Virus record (IMG/VR): IMGVR_UViG_3300043399_000272
Location: 1 to 64,000 of that record
Reading direction: 5' to 3' (one strand)
DNA length: 64,000 nucleotides
In this document: positions 63,136 to 64,000 of the stretch, piece by piece
Numbering within the stretch: position 1 is the first letter of the stretch
Layout of the letters: each line of letters opens with the position of its first letter
Notes under the pieces: generated by a model
Told to the model about the DNA's origin: nothing
Databases searched by the model: none
Seen by the model: only the letters and a program-made list of their open reading frames with translations
Made by a program: the position numbers and the translations under genes

Positions 63136-63501
63136 ATGCAATATTTAAAACACTACTACGTTGACAGCAGCAATCCATCAATATATTTAACTGAGAGCAA
63201 CATAGCACCGAACGGAAAAACACATCCGTTGATAGATGGGTTAGATGTAAAGATTTGGATCAATGAGCCACAATCAACAGTAGATTACTGTTTATCTGTA
63301 TGTCCAGATACTACTACTGTTACAGTAGTAACAGGCATTGAAGTATTAACATTTGATCAATGGGCAGATCAAGCAGAATCTCACTTCAATGAAGTCAAAG
63401 GTGATAGTTCCATAGTAATGAATAAGTCTAGTTTAGAAACAGTCATGCAGGCTTACTATGATTTAGCTGTTGAAAACGCTCCAGATATACCGCAACCATA
63501 A
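63136..63501 (+). CDS. hypothetical protein
   Basis: AAGGA SD. Confidence 0.7.
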   Translation: MQYLKHYYVDSSNPSIYLTESNIAPNGKTHPLIDGLDVKIWINEPQSTVDYCLSVCPDTTTVTVVTGIEVLTFDQWADQAESHFNEVKGDSSIVMNKSSLETVMQAYYDLAVENAPDIPQP

Positions 63502-63506
63502 AAAAT

Positions 63507-64000
63507 ATGAAGTTCAAGTATGCAGTTGTAGATGATTTCTACAATAATCCATATGATATAAGAAAATACGCACTGTCATTAGATTACCCCGAACCTTTTG
63601 AGGGATATACATATCCGGGAAGGAACTCTACGAAAAGTGTATATGACCAATCACTGCATAACGAGATAGAAAAAATTTGCGGTAGTAAACTTAGATATCC
63701 TAAATCTGATACGGAGGCGGGATATTTTAGACTTTCAACAGAAAACGACACGTTTGAACAATATATTCACGTTGATCCTGGTTGGGATATTGCTGGGGTA
63801 TTGTATTTAAATCCACCAAATCAGTGCGAAATTGAAGGTGGTACTAGTTTTTGGATGCACAAAAAATTAGGAATTGAGCATTGTCCTAGAAACCCTGAAG
63901 AAGCCGCACTATTAGGTTATGATACGTATCATAGTATTCGTGAAAACTTAATTTACGGGGACGGATTAGATGACACTAAATGGTTAAAGTACTTAATGGT
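63507..64000 (+). CDS. DUF6445-like 2OG oxygenase (partial)
   Basis: Read by hand: VVDDFYNNP...YPG...IHVD...AGVLYLNP...GGTSFW; runs off the window edge. Confidence 0.75.
   Translation, partial: MKFKYAVVDDFYNNPYDIRKYALSLDYPEPFEGYTYPGRNSTKSVYDQSLHNEIEKICGSKLRYPKSDTEAGYFRLSTENDTFEQYIHVDPGWDIAGVLYLNPPNQCEIEGGTSFWMHKKLGIEHCPRNPEEAALLGYDTYHSIRENLIYGDGLDDTKWLKYLM

Noticed and set aside
1-64000. Alternative genetic code or amber suppressor tRNA
   Set aside because: Long genes read intact in the standard code, and no CTA, TTA or TCA anticodon tRNA was found.

Overview
This window looks like part of a large (jumbo) dsDNA tailed phage genome using the standard genetic code. A proteobacterial host is suggested by sigma70-type promoters and an omega-like protein, but this is inference. 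1-11 kb (minus strand): small early genes behind repeated TTGACA-17-TATAAT promoters, including a Toprim protein, a PBP/S11 peptidase, a phosphoesterase, a P-loop kinase, a Cys phosphatase and a DUF2828-type (Ro60/TROVE-like helical + vWA) protein. 8.6-24.7 kb: about 51 tRNA or tRNA-like loci on the minus strand covering all 20 amino acids, interleaved with HNH nucleases, an RNAP omega homolog, a GGQ release factor, a HiPIP-like protein and many structured non-coding elements. 25.4-45.6 kb: an AT-rich modification island with 6 radical SAM enzymes, 7 Asp/Asn-beta-hydroxylase-like oxygenases, glycosyltransferase-like, methyltransferase, kinase and adenylation genes. 45.6-64 kb: virion genes (SleB hydrolase, PAAR, a Cys-rich repeat fibre, shuffled beta-propellers) with sulfo-/glycosyltransferases and 2OG oxygenases. 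Two candidate undescribed systems stand out. (1) A 57-codon leader ORF at the head of the tRNA array has 40 consecutive codons with no repeat and encodes all 20 amino acids; it is coupled to a terminator/antiterminator pair, suggesting a pan-codon translation-sensing attenuator. (2) Eight RNAs share a covarying stem plus a CAGCA motif and carry different modules (permuted tRNAs, anticodon stem-loops, a tRNA with the motif inserted); they lie next to the Ro60-like DUF2828 gene, suggesting a Y-RNA-like system. All calls were made by eye without database searches, so novelty is unverified.
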